DNA from: a virus
Length of the DNA stretch: 64,000 bases
Strand: one strand, 5' to 3'
Virus record (IMG/VR): IMGVR_UViG_3300027901_000001
Both the position numbers and the translations under genes were made by a program. This document shows positions 55,750 through 63,975 of the stretch, one piece after another. The notes below the pieces were generated by a model. It was not told the DNA's origin. It worked only from the letters and a program-made list of their open reading frames with translations, and did no database searches. Numbering within the stretch: position 1 is the first letter of the stretch; every line of letters starts with the position of its first letter.

Positions 55750-56288
55750 TATGATGCCTTCTCCTTCACTACCGTCGCCTTCAACGCCGGTTTGAGTTTT
55801 TTCCTTTGATAGTTCACGGGCACACCAAGCTCGCGCCACCTCCTCTTGATCTCGTGATACATCGCCTCATCCACAGGAAACAGGCGGCGCTTTTCACCGA
55901 TCACGTCCTTCACCACCTGCATCATCTCGATGGTGTAGTACCGGAAACCTCTCCTATCCCGGTACGGCGTAATCGGCAGGAGCTTAGGCTTCGTCTTCTC
56001 CCAGTGGTTGATAGACTGCACACTACGACCCAGAAACAAGGCAAAGAAACCAACGGATAGAAGCTGAATCTTCCCTCCCTGAACATCGAATTCCCGAGGA
56101 ACCTGATACCGAGGCACCCTTGCCGGAACCTCCTTCTCGCTCCGCTTCCTGTCCCGGTAATTCTGGGAAGCCTTCAACACACGCTCCCGATATTCTGGAT
56201 CTGTGTGATACCGCTTCTTCCTTTTCCTGTTTATTTTGCGCTTGTTCTTCTCGTAATAGTCCTCGAAGTAACCGGGTGGGTTCGCCAT
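55749..56288 (-). CDS. MerR-like winged-HTH DNA-binding protein
   Basis: FALFLGRSVQSINHWEK...RDRRGFRYYT; basic N-terminal helix; AAAGGAGG RBS. Confidence 0.65.
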   Translation of the reverse strand: MANPPGYFEDYYEKNKRKINRKRKKRYHTDPEYRERVLKASQNYRDRKRSEKEVPARVPRYQVPREFDVQGGKIQLLSVGFFALFLGRSVQSINHWEKTKPKLLPITPYRDRRGFRYYTIEMMQVVKDVIGEKRRLFPVDEAMYHEIKRRWRELGVPVNYQRKKLKPALKATVVKEKAS

Positions 56289-56306
56289 CCAGTGAAGCCT
56301 CCTTTT

Positions 56307-56347
56307 TCAAGATATCTTAGCGTATGGGATGCGACTGTCAAGATATC
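56307..56347 (-). promoter_or_regulatory. Sigma70-like promoter overlapped by two 10-bp direct repeats
   Basis: TTGACA-N16-TAAGAT (56341-56314); TCAAGATATC at 56307-56316 and 56338-56347. Confidence 0.6.
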
Positions 56348-58167
56348 GCACCGCCAACCTTGGCCTTCACCGAACGATAGAATTCCATCCGGCTTTTTCG
56401 ACGCTTCTGGGCCAACAAGATATTTCTGTCCACGATGTCAAAAACCATTGTCCTGGGCTTAGCCTTGCACTCCCCGGCACGCCACGAGCAATAGTGCTCG
56501 CACATCTCCGGCGTCGATTCTCCGCCTTCGGACACCGGTACGCAGAACCGACGCACACGGCCAAAAGCCTGCTCCGCGTCGCTAACCGGCGAGGCAAATC
56601 CCAGGGTATCTACCGCTGGCTGGTCGATGCCCTCGCCGCACATTTGGTAGGTAACCCACATGACCCTGGCGCGTTCGGCCTCGTACAGCTCTGCCTCAGT
56701 CACCGGCCGCTTCTTCTCGACCTTTTTCTGGGCGATCCCGAACTCCTTGGCGATTTTGAACAAGAGAGAATCCGCCGCCAGCACAATCTTTTCCCTCTTC
56801 TCTCCCCACTGCTCCGGGTTTATGCCGTTAGGCGGCTCTGGATTCCACTCGTACAGGCCGTCCAGATCAAGCCACCGGTCTTTTTCCAGCAAGATGTGTC
56901 TGCGACCGTTCTCATCCTTCTCACCCCTCAAAGCCCGGCGACGCTTGAAGCTCTCGAAAATGGTCTTAATGGCGCGCTCACGGCCTTCGTCATCCATCGT
57001 CCAATAGCCCTTCATCAGACGCGGGGGCTGCTCACCGGTAAACCACTCACCGACGTAGAAGCCCGTGGTAACATCCTTCAGGTCCTCCCCCTCGCAGGCT
57101 TCCCGCAACATCTGGTCCAGTTCCCGAAGATGCTCCAGACGCTCGGACAATACCATCAGCTTCCTCTGATGAGGTGATCTCAGGGCCTTCACAATCTCGG
57201 AGATGATCACCCTGTTGCGCCAGGTCAGCCTGGTCAGGATGTTGATGACAATCGGGATGGCGGCATTCTTCTCCCGCATGATGCCCGGCCCTCTGGACCT
57301 GCTCTCAACCATCCGCACGTTCGGAATCGGCATTTTAGTCTCGGCGGAATACCGGATCTGGCCAATGTGCCACCAGAACACATCATCCGCGCCATCGTTA
57401 CGCCGGGGCGTCGCCGACAGCCCGAGCCGGAACTGGGACCCGAACATCTTTGGAATCGGAGACCAGGTAGGCGCGCCGATTCGGTGCACCTCATCGACCA
57501 CCAGGATGCCGGGCCAATTGTAGAACTCCTGCGGATACCGGCGCTTGCCATTCTGCCCCTCCAGGGCAAGCGACTGGGCCATCGCTACCACAATATCCCG
57601 GTCCTCGAACTGGCACTTGCTCTCCTGGACAATGCCTACCCGCGCCCCCGGCAGAAACTTCTCGACGCGCTGCTGCCACTGCACCATCAGACGCTCTTTG
57701 TGGACAATCACCACTGCCGTCATCCCGAGCCGGTGAACGATCGACAACGCCGTGTTGGTCTTCCCGAAGCCGGGATCGGCCCGGACAATCGCCCCCAGGT
57801 GCTTCCCGACGGTCATCGGGTTTACCGCCTGGACGCCCTCAAACCAATCCAGAACGGCCTCGACAACGCGGCCCTGCTCCGCGTACACCCCCTCATGGAG
57901 AATCCGGCTTTCGTACTCCACAAAGTCCCCGCAGGCCATGTCCCACACGATGTCGTGCTCCTGCTGGGCCGTGGCGAAGAAGTAGTCCCTCGGAATGCCG
58001 AACTCGGTGGGGGTCTCCGACCAGCACTCGATGGGCGTCGGCGGCGTATCATCGAAAGCCAGCGACTTGCGCGGCACGATACGGAGCGCCTTCTTGAAGT
58101 AGGCAACACCCTCTGCTCCCAGGTCGGTCTTCGGGAGCCACGCCATTCCTGCGATCCGTACTTTCAT
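56338..58167 (-). CDS. Superfamily 2 DExH helicase (UvsW/Res-like)
   Basis: ADPGFGKT, VVDEVH, LGLSATP, TYQMCGEGID, EQAFGRVRR. Confidence 0.9.
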   Translation of the reverse strand: MKVRIAGMAWLPKTDLGAEGVAYFKKALRIVPRKSLAFDDTPPTPIECWSETPTEFGIPRDYFFATAQQEHDIVWDMACGDFVEYESRILHEGVYAEQGRVVEAVLDWFEGVQAVNPMTVGKHLGAIVRADPGFGKTNTALSIVHRLGMTAVVIVHKERLMVQWQQRVEKFLPGARVGIVQESKCQFEDRDIVVAMAQSLALEGQNGKRRYPQEFYNWPGILVVDEVHRIGAPTWSPIPKMFGSQFRLGLSATPRRNDGADDVFWWHIGQIRYSAETKMPIPNVRMVESRSRGPGIMREKNAAIPIVINILTRLTWRNRVIISEIVKALRSPHQRKLMVLSERLEHLRELDQMLREACEGEDLKDVTTGFYVGEWFTGEQPPRLMKGYWTMDDEGRERAIKTIFESFKRRRALRGEKDENGRRHILLEKDRWLDLDGLYEWNPEPPNGINPEQWGEKREKIVLAADSLLFKIAKEFGIAQKKVEKKRPVTEAELYEAERARVMWVTYQMCGEGIDQPAVDTLGFASPVSDAEQAFGRVRRFCVPVSEGGESTPEMCEHYCSWRAGECKAKPRTMVFDIVDRNILLAQKRRKSRMEFYRSVKAKVGGAIS

Positions 58168-58182
58168 GTTTCACGTGAAACA
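58167..58182. promoter_or_regulatory. parS centromere-like site (ParB-binding consensus)
   Basis: TGTTTCACGTGAAACA, a perfect 16-bp palindrome identical to the bacterial parS consensus; its last base is the A of the helicase ATG. Confidence 0.8.
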
Positions 58183-58246
58183 CCCCCCGCCACCGAGCAG
58201 GCGCTGGGGGGGGAAACGCCTATGGGCTCAGGTGACGGGGAGCGAA

Positions 58247-58837
58247 TCATTTTAACCGCGTCTCTTCCGCCAACAAGTTCGTTGCGTCCAGAAAAGCCGC
58301 ATACTTTCCCAGCCCCTCCAGCGTTGACGGCATCATAGATATTGTCGTTACACGGGCTTTTTCAGCGGGAACAATGAACCGTGCCAGGAGCCTGTCGTCC
58401 TCGATGCACAGAAGGTCCAGAAAATCGCAGTCCTCGCACCTTTTGATGCTCCCGAACTGATACCACCCGGTGCTGTTCAGCGTAGAGGTCTTAACGTCGA
58501 CACGGCTTCCATTCACGAGAAGATCGAAAGGAGACTTTGTGGTCTGGCGCTCGACCTCAAAACCCATCTCAGCAAAAAAATCCGCCTCACGATCTTCCCA
58601 TTTAATACCCCGATGCGTCTCTGACTCTTTCACACCAACCCCGATTCGAGATGCCCAAAACCGAAAACCACCGTGACGAGAAAGGGCACATGCCAGATCG
58701 TTGCCCCCGCGCTCCCTTAGCTCACTCGCTGAAGGCATCCTCCCAAACTCAGCCACGTGTAACGCGAGCTGCTGTCGTATCTCCGCTTCAGACCACTGCT
58801 TACCGTGAGACCATCCCATAACCAGAGATGGTAACAC
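58247..58837 (-). CDS. Free-standing homing-endonuclease-like PD-(D/E)xK nuclease
   Basis: N-terminal homing-endonuclease-associated-repeat-like WSEAEI...FGRMPSASEL; C-terminal E...GFEVE...PFDLLVNGSRVDVKTS. Confidence 0.6.
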   Translation of the reverse strand: MLPSLVMGWSHGKQWSEAEIRQQLALHVAEFGRMPSASELRERGGNDLACALSRHGGFRFWASRIGVGVKESETHRGIKWEDREADFFAEMGFEVERQTTKSPFDLLVNGSRVDVKTSTLNSTGWYQFGSIKRCEDCDFLDLLCIEDDRLLARFIVPAEKARVTTISMMPSTLEGLGKYAAFLDATNLLAEETRLK

Positions 58838-58856
58838 GACGTTTTATAGAAAACTA

Positions 58857-59645
58857 CTAATACGGGATGTCATCGTCAAGGCCCGCATTGTCTTCGGGCT
58901 CATCGGGCGGCCCGTCCTCACCGGCTGCGGTCGCGCCGCCGCCCTTGGAAAACATCTCCTTTAGCTTCTCGATGGGAAGCGGATTGATGACCTCGCTGAA
59001 ATCGAACGGTTCCCAGGGATTGCGCTCCCAGAGCTTCTCCGTGGTAGTCCGCTTGTCCTTCTCCACGTTCTCGTTGAGCCGCTTGGCGTAGGCATTAAGC
59101 TGGTCCATCGCATACGTCTTAATATCGCCTGGCTCGATCACCTCCACCAGCTCAAACTCGCTGCCGCAGCTTTCGGTCTTCTCGCCCGGCCGTTCAACAT
59201 CGTAAACGTAGCCGCGCAATCGACCCTGCTTCTCGCACATCTTCCGGACCTTCTTGAGCACGCCGGGCTTCTTGTCGCCGCCCAACTTCGGCGCGAAAAT
59301 CTCCCGCTGAAAGTTGACCTCCACCTTGGTTTTCTTGGTGAACCAGGCCGTCATATTGATAACGGTCAACAGCCCCGCGAAGTAGGGATAACGGTCGTCC
59401 CACGCATCACAAATCGGACACTCCGGCCCGAGCTTGTTGCGCGTAACGCACGGCTCCCAGTTACGCCACTTCCGGTTCCCCCACTTGTAGTTGTGTTCCC
59501 ACAGAGTGGTTGGATCGTCTTCCAGGAACAACAACCGGTTTGTCTGCGTAGGCGGTATCCACACACGCCGTTGCCCCCGGTCACCATTACCTACATTGTC
59601 CCATGCTGAGTCGAGACTACCCCAGCCAGACCCCATCCAGCTCAT
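58857..59645 (-). CDS. Single-stranded DNA-binding protein (gp32-like)
   Basis: Zn-type C...CPICD, acidic tail ending DDDIPY; located in the replication block. Confidence 0.75.
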   Translation of the reverse strand: MSWMGSGWGSLDSAWDNVGNGDRGQRRVWIPPTQTNRLLFLEDDPTTLWEHNYKWGNRKWRNWEPCVTRNKLGPECPICDAWDDRYPYFAGLLTVINMTAWFTKKTKVEVNFQREIFAPKLGGDKKPGVLKKVRKMCEKQGRLRGYVYDVERPGEKTESCGSEFELVEVIEPGDIKTYAMDQLNAYAKRLNENVEKDKRTTTEKLWERNPWEPFDFSEVINPLPIEKLKEMFSKGGGATAAGEDGPPDEPEDNAGLDDDIPY

Positions 59646-59714
59646 ATTGTTCCTCCTTGTACGTGTTCAACCAGAACAGCTTTGCAACGTTTGCAATCTG
59701 CAAACAGAATAACG

Positions 59715-59743
59715 ATTATTATAGCATATAAGCCCTTTGTCAA
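59715..59743 (-). promoter_or_regulatory. Strong sigma70-like promoter of the SSB gene
   Basis: Perfect extended -10 TGCTATAAT (59726-59718). TTGACA at 59743-59738 lies 17 bp from an alternative AATAAT. Confidence 0.65.
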
Positions 59744-60930
59744 GCAGCCTTTGCAAAGGGCGGAGGCCCCAGCAGGGCTAAAAATTGGTCGTCAGTCATC
59801 TTGCCCGGATCGAGGTTGTTTTCCAGCTTTTTAACTGTCACCGGCACTCTCTTCGCAACCATCTTCTCGATACGCTGCCCCATCTCCCAGCCCGCTTCGT
59901 TACCGTCTGGCACCACGATGATCTTCGACCACATCCTGATCAGCTTCTCCACCTGGAGCGGACTCGGATGCGAGCCCAGAAGCGCCACCACTGGCCGGTA
60001 CCCGGCCTGCCACATCTTGATCATGTCCAGGTGCCCTTCAACCACGTACACCCGGCCGTCCGGGGCCGTTTCCTGGCGGTGCTCGCCGTACAGGATGACC
60101 CGGCGCGGAAAGCCCTTGGAGTGCAAATACTTCGGCGGCTGCATCATCCCGCACCGCGAGCAGCACGGCCGCGTCGGTCGGTAGGTGCCTCCGTCAGCGC
60201 ACCGCAGCTCCTCCTCCATAAAATGTGCCGATTCAGGCTCCCCACAGCTCTCGCATGGCCGAATCCAGGCCCCGCCGCACCGTGGACAGTCATCGACATA
60301 GATCCGGCCGGAAATGGCCACCAGACGGCCCTTCCGATCCCGGATGGGAAAGAGCAGCCGCTTCATCTCCTTGTCGTGGCCCAGCTCCCACTCCTTGCAG
60401 GTCTCGATGGTCAGGCCCCGGTCGTCCAGGGCGTAGCGGGGCACACTACCGGCGTATGGCTCGTAGACCTCCCAGGACACCTCCCGGACCTCTTTCTCGG
60501 CTTCTTCGACCGCCTGGTAGTCATAAAATGGTCTCTCCGGAGCCTGCCGGTGTCGGACCGTCAGCGGGTTGAAGCCCTGCCTGGAATCGCGCTTGAACTC
60601 CGCCCTCAGCTTCTCGGCCTTCGACCGCGCCTTCTCAATTGAGGCATCGCCGTCGAGCACCTCGATCCACCGGAACGTATCTTTCCCTCGCGTCCAGAGA
60701 AACAGCAGCATGTCCCGCAGCGAGCCCCGGTCGTGACAGGACAGGCACGTGTAAATAGGTCGGCCGCGCTCCCCTTCAGTGAAGACCACCATTGACGGCC
60801 GACTGTCCCGCCCCTTCGGATGCGTCCACCAGGCGAGCGGGCAACAGCAGGTCACCTTCTCATGGGACACGACCCTCACCTGCTCCGCGCCTACACCACG
60901 GAGGATGGCTGCTACGGTATCGACCTCCAT
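59740..60930 (-). CDS. DnaG-type TOPRIM primase
   Basis: N-terminal CCP...H...C..C zinc finger, RLLFPIRD..G..VAISGR, PKYL, VVEGHLD, VALLG, DP. Confidence 0.9.
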   Translation of the reverse strand: MEVDTVAAILRGVGAEQVRVVSHEKVTCCCPLAWWTHPKGRDSRPSMVVFTEGERGRPIYTCLSCHDRGSLRDMLLFLWTRGKDTFRWIEVLDGDASIEKARSKAEKLRAEFKRDSRQGFNPLTVRHRQAPERPFYDYQAVEEAEKEVREVSWEVYEPYAGSVPRYALDDRGLTIETCKEWELGHDKEMKRLLFPIRDRKGRLVAISGRIYVDDCPRCGGAWIRPCESCGEPESAHFMEEELRCADGGTYRPTRPCCSRCGMMQPPKYLHSKGFPRRVILYGEHRQETAPDGRVYVVEGHLDMIKMWQAGYRPVVALLGSHPSPLQVEKLIRMWSKIIVVPDGNEAGWEMGQRIEKMVAKRVPVTVKKLENNLDPGKMTDDQFLALLGPPPFAKAA

Positions 60931-60931
60931 G

Positions 60932-61378
60932 CTAGCCCGTCATCACACCGGCAGGGTCGAGCTGGCTTTCCTGAACGTTCCACCAGGGCTGAAAACCATC
61001 GTCCACCGCCTGGCACTTCTCCGGGTCGAGCACACGGATCAAAAGGCCATCGGCCGCCGGACCACTCGAATACTTGGGGTGCTTGAACCGCATATCCCCC
61101 GGCAGCCGCGTTCCGTGCTTCCGGCTGAACATCACCACCTCTCCCAGTTTAATATCCGGCATAGGCAGTCGACTGCCATCCGGCCCTATCCGACCGGGAC
61201 CGATGGCGATCACTTCTCCGTACCGCCACTCACTTGCCCGGTACCTGCCGAACTGGGTTTTACTATCGCCGTAGTAGATACCGCCGCTCGTCATATCCGG
61301 CTGACCATAATCGCACACGAAAACGAAATCGTGCAGGGGCCGTATATTGAACCCCTCCACCATAATCCCCTTCTCCAT
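60932..61378 (-). CDS. groES: GroES-like co-chaperonin (T4 gp31 analogue)
   Basis: IRPLHDFVFV, TSGGIY, GEVIAIGPG, KLGEVVMF. Confidence 0.85.
   Translation of the reverse strand: MEKGIMVEGFNIRPLHDFVFVCDYGQPDMTSGGIYYGDSKTQFGRYRASEWRYGEVIAIGPGRIGPDGSRLPMPDIKLGEVVMFSRKHGTRLPGDMRFKHPKYSSGPAADGLLIRVLDPEKCQAVDDGFQPWWNVQESQLDPAGVMTG
61164..61177. repeat. Dispersed 14-bp palindrome, copy 5
   Basis: GGCAGTCGACTGCC, exact; inside groES in a different frame (G-S-R-L-P). Confidence 0.9.
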
Positions 61379-61379
61379 C

Positions 61380-61925
61380 CTACTTCTCCTTCTTCTCCTT
61401 CGTCTTCAGCTTTCCCTGGTGCACCGGCGGCTTTTCCGCCGCTCGCGCCGCTTTGACTGCTTCAGCGGCCTCTTCCTTACCGCCTATCATCGCATGGGCT
61501 TCATCTTCGGACAGCGGTCTATCGCTGGGCACCACGATAGTGTCCTCCGGCGGCTCACCCTCGTCCGCTGGTGGCGGCTGCATCATCGATATAGGCATCG
61601 GCGGTGGGCCGCCTCCCCTCGCCACCTTACGAACCCCGGCGTCCACCAGGGCCAGTCCCTCGTCAGCGGCATAGGCAACCAGGCTAATGAAACCACCCAT
61701 GATGATGACAGCCGACCAGGGAGCGGCTTGCTCCAGTTTCCAGAGCGCGCCGACCACGAAACCCACCGATATGGTGCACGTCAACAGCTCCCCGAGCAGC
61801 CGCAGCGGATTAGCCCGGACCGTGAACCCCATCAACCATTCCCGGAACCCGCTGAGCCATTTGCCCACCGAAATGAACAGCGTCAGCCCGACTAGGCCCG
61901 CGATCGTCAGAACATCTCCCTCCAT
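61380..61925 (-). CDS. Membrane protein (DUF1360-like or holin-like)
   Basis: Three hydrophobic segments, GELLTC motif, charged C-terminal tail. Confidence 0.45.
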   Translation of the reverse strand: MEGDVLTIAGLVGLTLFISVGKWLSGFREWLMGFTVRANPLRLLGELLTCTISVGFVVGALWKLEQAAPWSAVIIMGGFISLVAYAADEGLALVDAGVRKVARGGGPPPMPISMMQPPPADEGEPPEDTIVVPSDRPLSEDEAHAMIGGKEEAAEAVKAARAAEKPPVHQGKLKTKEKKEK

Positions 61926-61939
61926 GTCTCCTTCTCCTT

Positions 61940-63274
61940 CTAATAGGGCACTGCTCCAGCCTCAGCATCCTTGTAATCGTCTACCGACACCCGCGTACCG
62001 ATCTCATCAAAATCCATCGTCACCATATCCCACTTCACCACCAGGCTGGATAGCTTAGCCATCCGTCGAGCCTTCAACGGCACGTACATGAGCTGATTAT
62101 CCTGTTTCATGTACTCGTCCTGGTACATAGCGAACAGGTTGTGACAGGCCCAAAAAACCTCATCGGAAATGGCGACGGTATCCTCCAGGCCGCCAGTGCC
62201 GCGCCCGGCTTTTATCGCTCGCGCCGCCTCCTTCTTGAGATGGCCACCGGTCCGGGCAAGCTGACTAATACCCACCAACGGAATTCCTTTCCGGCGGCTG
62301 AGACCCCGGAACCACTCTACCGTGTCGATGATTCTGTCCCGGCGGTCGCCTCTACTACCCGGCCCTTTTTTCACCCGCCCCAGAATCACCTTCAGCATGT
62401 AGATGGAGTCAATCACAGTCAGATGCGGCCCAAAGGCGTCGATGGCCTGCTCGATATTATCCGGATTCAGCCGCTCCTCATCGTCCAGAATAGCGATCCC
62501 TTGACCTTTTTCCTCCAGCTCCTTGATCGCCTCCTTAAACTTCTTCTCGGCCAGCGACCCCAAAGTCGCCCCTACAATGTCCCGGTGGGAAAACTGGCCG
62601 TACTTGGCGACCATACGCTCCGCCAGCTCCACGCGGCTCATCTCCGGTGTTACGAACAGCACCTTCAGCCCCTTCTGCCAGGCATGGAGCGCCAGGATCA
62701 CCCCGGTCCAGGTCTTGCCCATCCACGGCCGCGCCACGAAAAAAGTCACTGTTCCGGGCCACATCCCCAGGGTCATATCGGTCATCGTCTGCCAGGGAAA
62801 CGGAACACCGGTCTCGCCCTTCTTCACACGCTCGTACAGGTCGAGCACTTCTGGAGCTACTATCGAAAGAGGATGAATCTGGAGCTGGGCGAACTTGCTG
62901 GACCGTAGGTGATCGGCCAGCCTCAGCACCTCCTGGACCGCCGCCTCCTGATTGCCATTCTCCAACTCCTCTTCGGATTTTCCCAAACCGTACTGGAGAG
63001 CGCGAAACTGAGCGCGGCCATACAACTGTTCGGCCAGGTAAGTGAGCTGAACACGCTCCACCTCTTCCGGCGGCTGTATAAGACAACCGCTGTTGGCAGT
63101 AATGATATCGGTGCTGGGGATGCTGCCGTGCGCGGTCTGGTATTCGTCAATAAAAGACCAGGCAGCCTTAGCGTTCCCCAGAAACAGTGCCGCATTGATC
63201 CCCAGTTCTTTAGCCTGTTTCAACGCCGCTTCACTGCGCGTAGCAAGCCAAATAGTAGACGCATCTATGTCCAC
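61940..63274 (-). CDS. dnaB: Replicative helicase (DnaB family)
   Basis: VARPWMGKT, FVTPEMS, VIDSIYML, GISQLAR, LKARR. Confidence 0.9.
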   Translation of the reverse strand: MDIDASTIWLATRSEAALKQAKELGINAALFLGNAKAAWSFIDEYQTAHGSIPSTDIITANSGCLIQPPEEVERVQLTYLAEQLYGRAQFRALQYGLGKSEEELENGNQEAAVQEVLRLADHLRSSKFAQLQIHPLSIVAPEVLDLYERVKKGETGVPFPWQTMTDMTLGMWPGTVTFFVARPWMGKTWTGVILALHAWQKGLKVLFVTPEMSRVELAERMVAKYGQFSHRDIVGATLGSLAEKKFKEAIKELEEKGQGIAILDDEERLNPDNIEQAIDAFGPHLTVIDSIYMLKVILGRVKKGPGSRGDRRDRIIDTVEWFRGLSRRKGIPLVGISQLARTGGHLKKEAARAIKAGRGTGGLEDTVAISDEVFWACHNLFAMYQDEYMKQDNQLMYVPLKARRMAKLSSLVVKWDMVTMDFDEIGTRVSVDDYKDAEAGAVPY

Positions 63275-63327
63275 AAAAGCTCCCTGTCCCTCGTCCCTGG
63301 CATAAAGGCGGGAATTACAGTTCTACA

Positions 63328-63975
63328 CTAAATAGCGAGGGCTTTGCCAAGTTTTTGCTGCGCCTCGTTACGATAGTTTTCCCCCTCGACCTTCACCGGC
63401 AACATCATCTCCTTCATCACTTCCAGCATAGACATTTTATATCGCTCTTTTAGCCCCTCATAACCCATGTTGGTTGTCATAAAGGTCGTGAGACGCGCTG
63501 CACTACGCTCACGCAAAAGATTCTCCAGCGTCCGTTCGGCAAACCCGCTCCTGCCCGGATGCTCCTTGCCCAGATCGTCCAGCAGCAAAAAATCGACTGT
63601 CCGCGCCCGGTCGAGCAAGAGCCCTTCTTCCACCTCGGTCTTCTCCAGCACCGACTCGATGAGCGACGCGGCGGTGAGCATCAACACCGATGCACCGGTA
63701 CGCCGCACCTCGCGAGCCACAAAAACGGCCGCACACGTCTTGCCGTGACCACTCTTGCCCCACAGCAGTAAACCGTCGCCGTTATCCAACATCTCATCGA
63801 GGTTTTGGAGGTAATTCCGTATAACCCCTTTCACATCCGGCTCGATCTGATCAAACGTCACCTCCCAGAAGCGACGCGGAATCCGCATCAGCAGGAAGTG
63901 TTCGGCCGTCAGGCGGCCTCTTTGACCAACGATTCTCATCTTATAATTGTATTGTAATGCAACGTCACGGCACAC
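63328..63975 (-). CDS. DnaC/IstB-like helicase loader ATPase
   Basis: LLLWGKSGHGKT, LLLDDLGKE, LLRER, TTNM, ERYKMS; adjacent to dnaB. Confidence 0.85.
   Translation of the reverse strand: MCRDVALQYNYKMRIVGQRGRLTAEHFLLMRIPRRFWEVTFDQIEPDVKGVIRNYLQNLDEMLDNGDGLLLWGKSGHGKTCAAVFVAREVRRTGASVLMLTAASLIESVLEKTEVEEGLLLDRARTVDFLLLDDLGKEHPGRSGFAERTLENLLRERSAARLTTFMTTNMGYEGLKERYKMSMLEVMKEMMLPVKVEGENYRNEAQQKLGKALAI

Noticed and set aside
54127-60930. Inteins in RecA, SF2 helicase or primase
   Set aside because: The insertions lack N-terminal Cys/Ser block A and C-terminal His-Asn motifs and are short.
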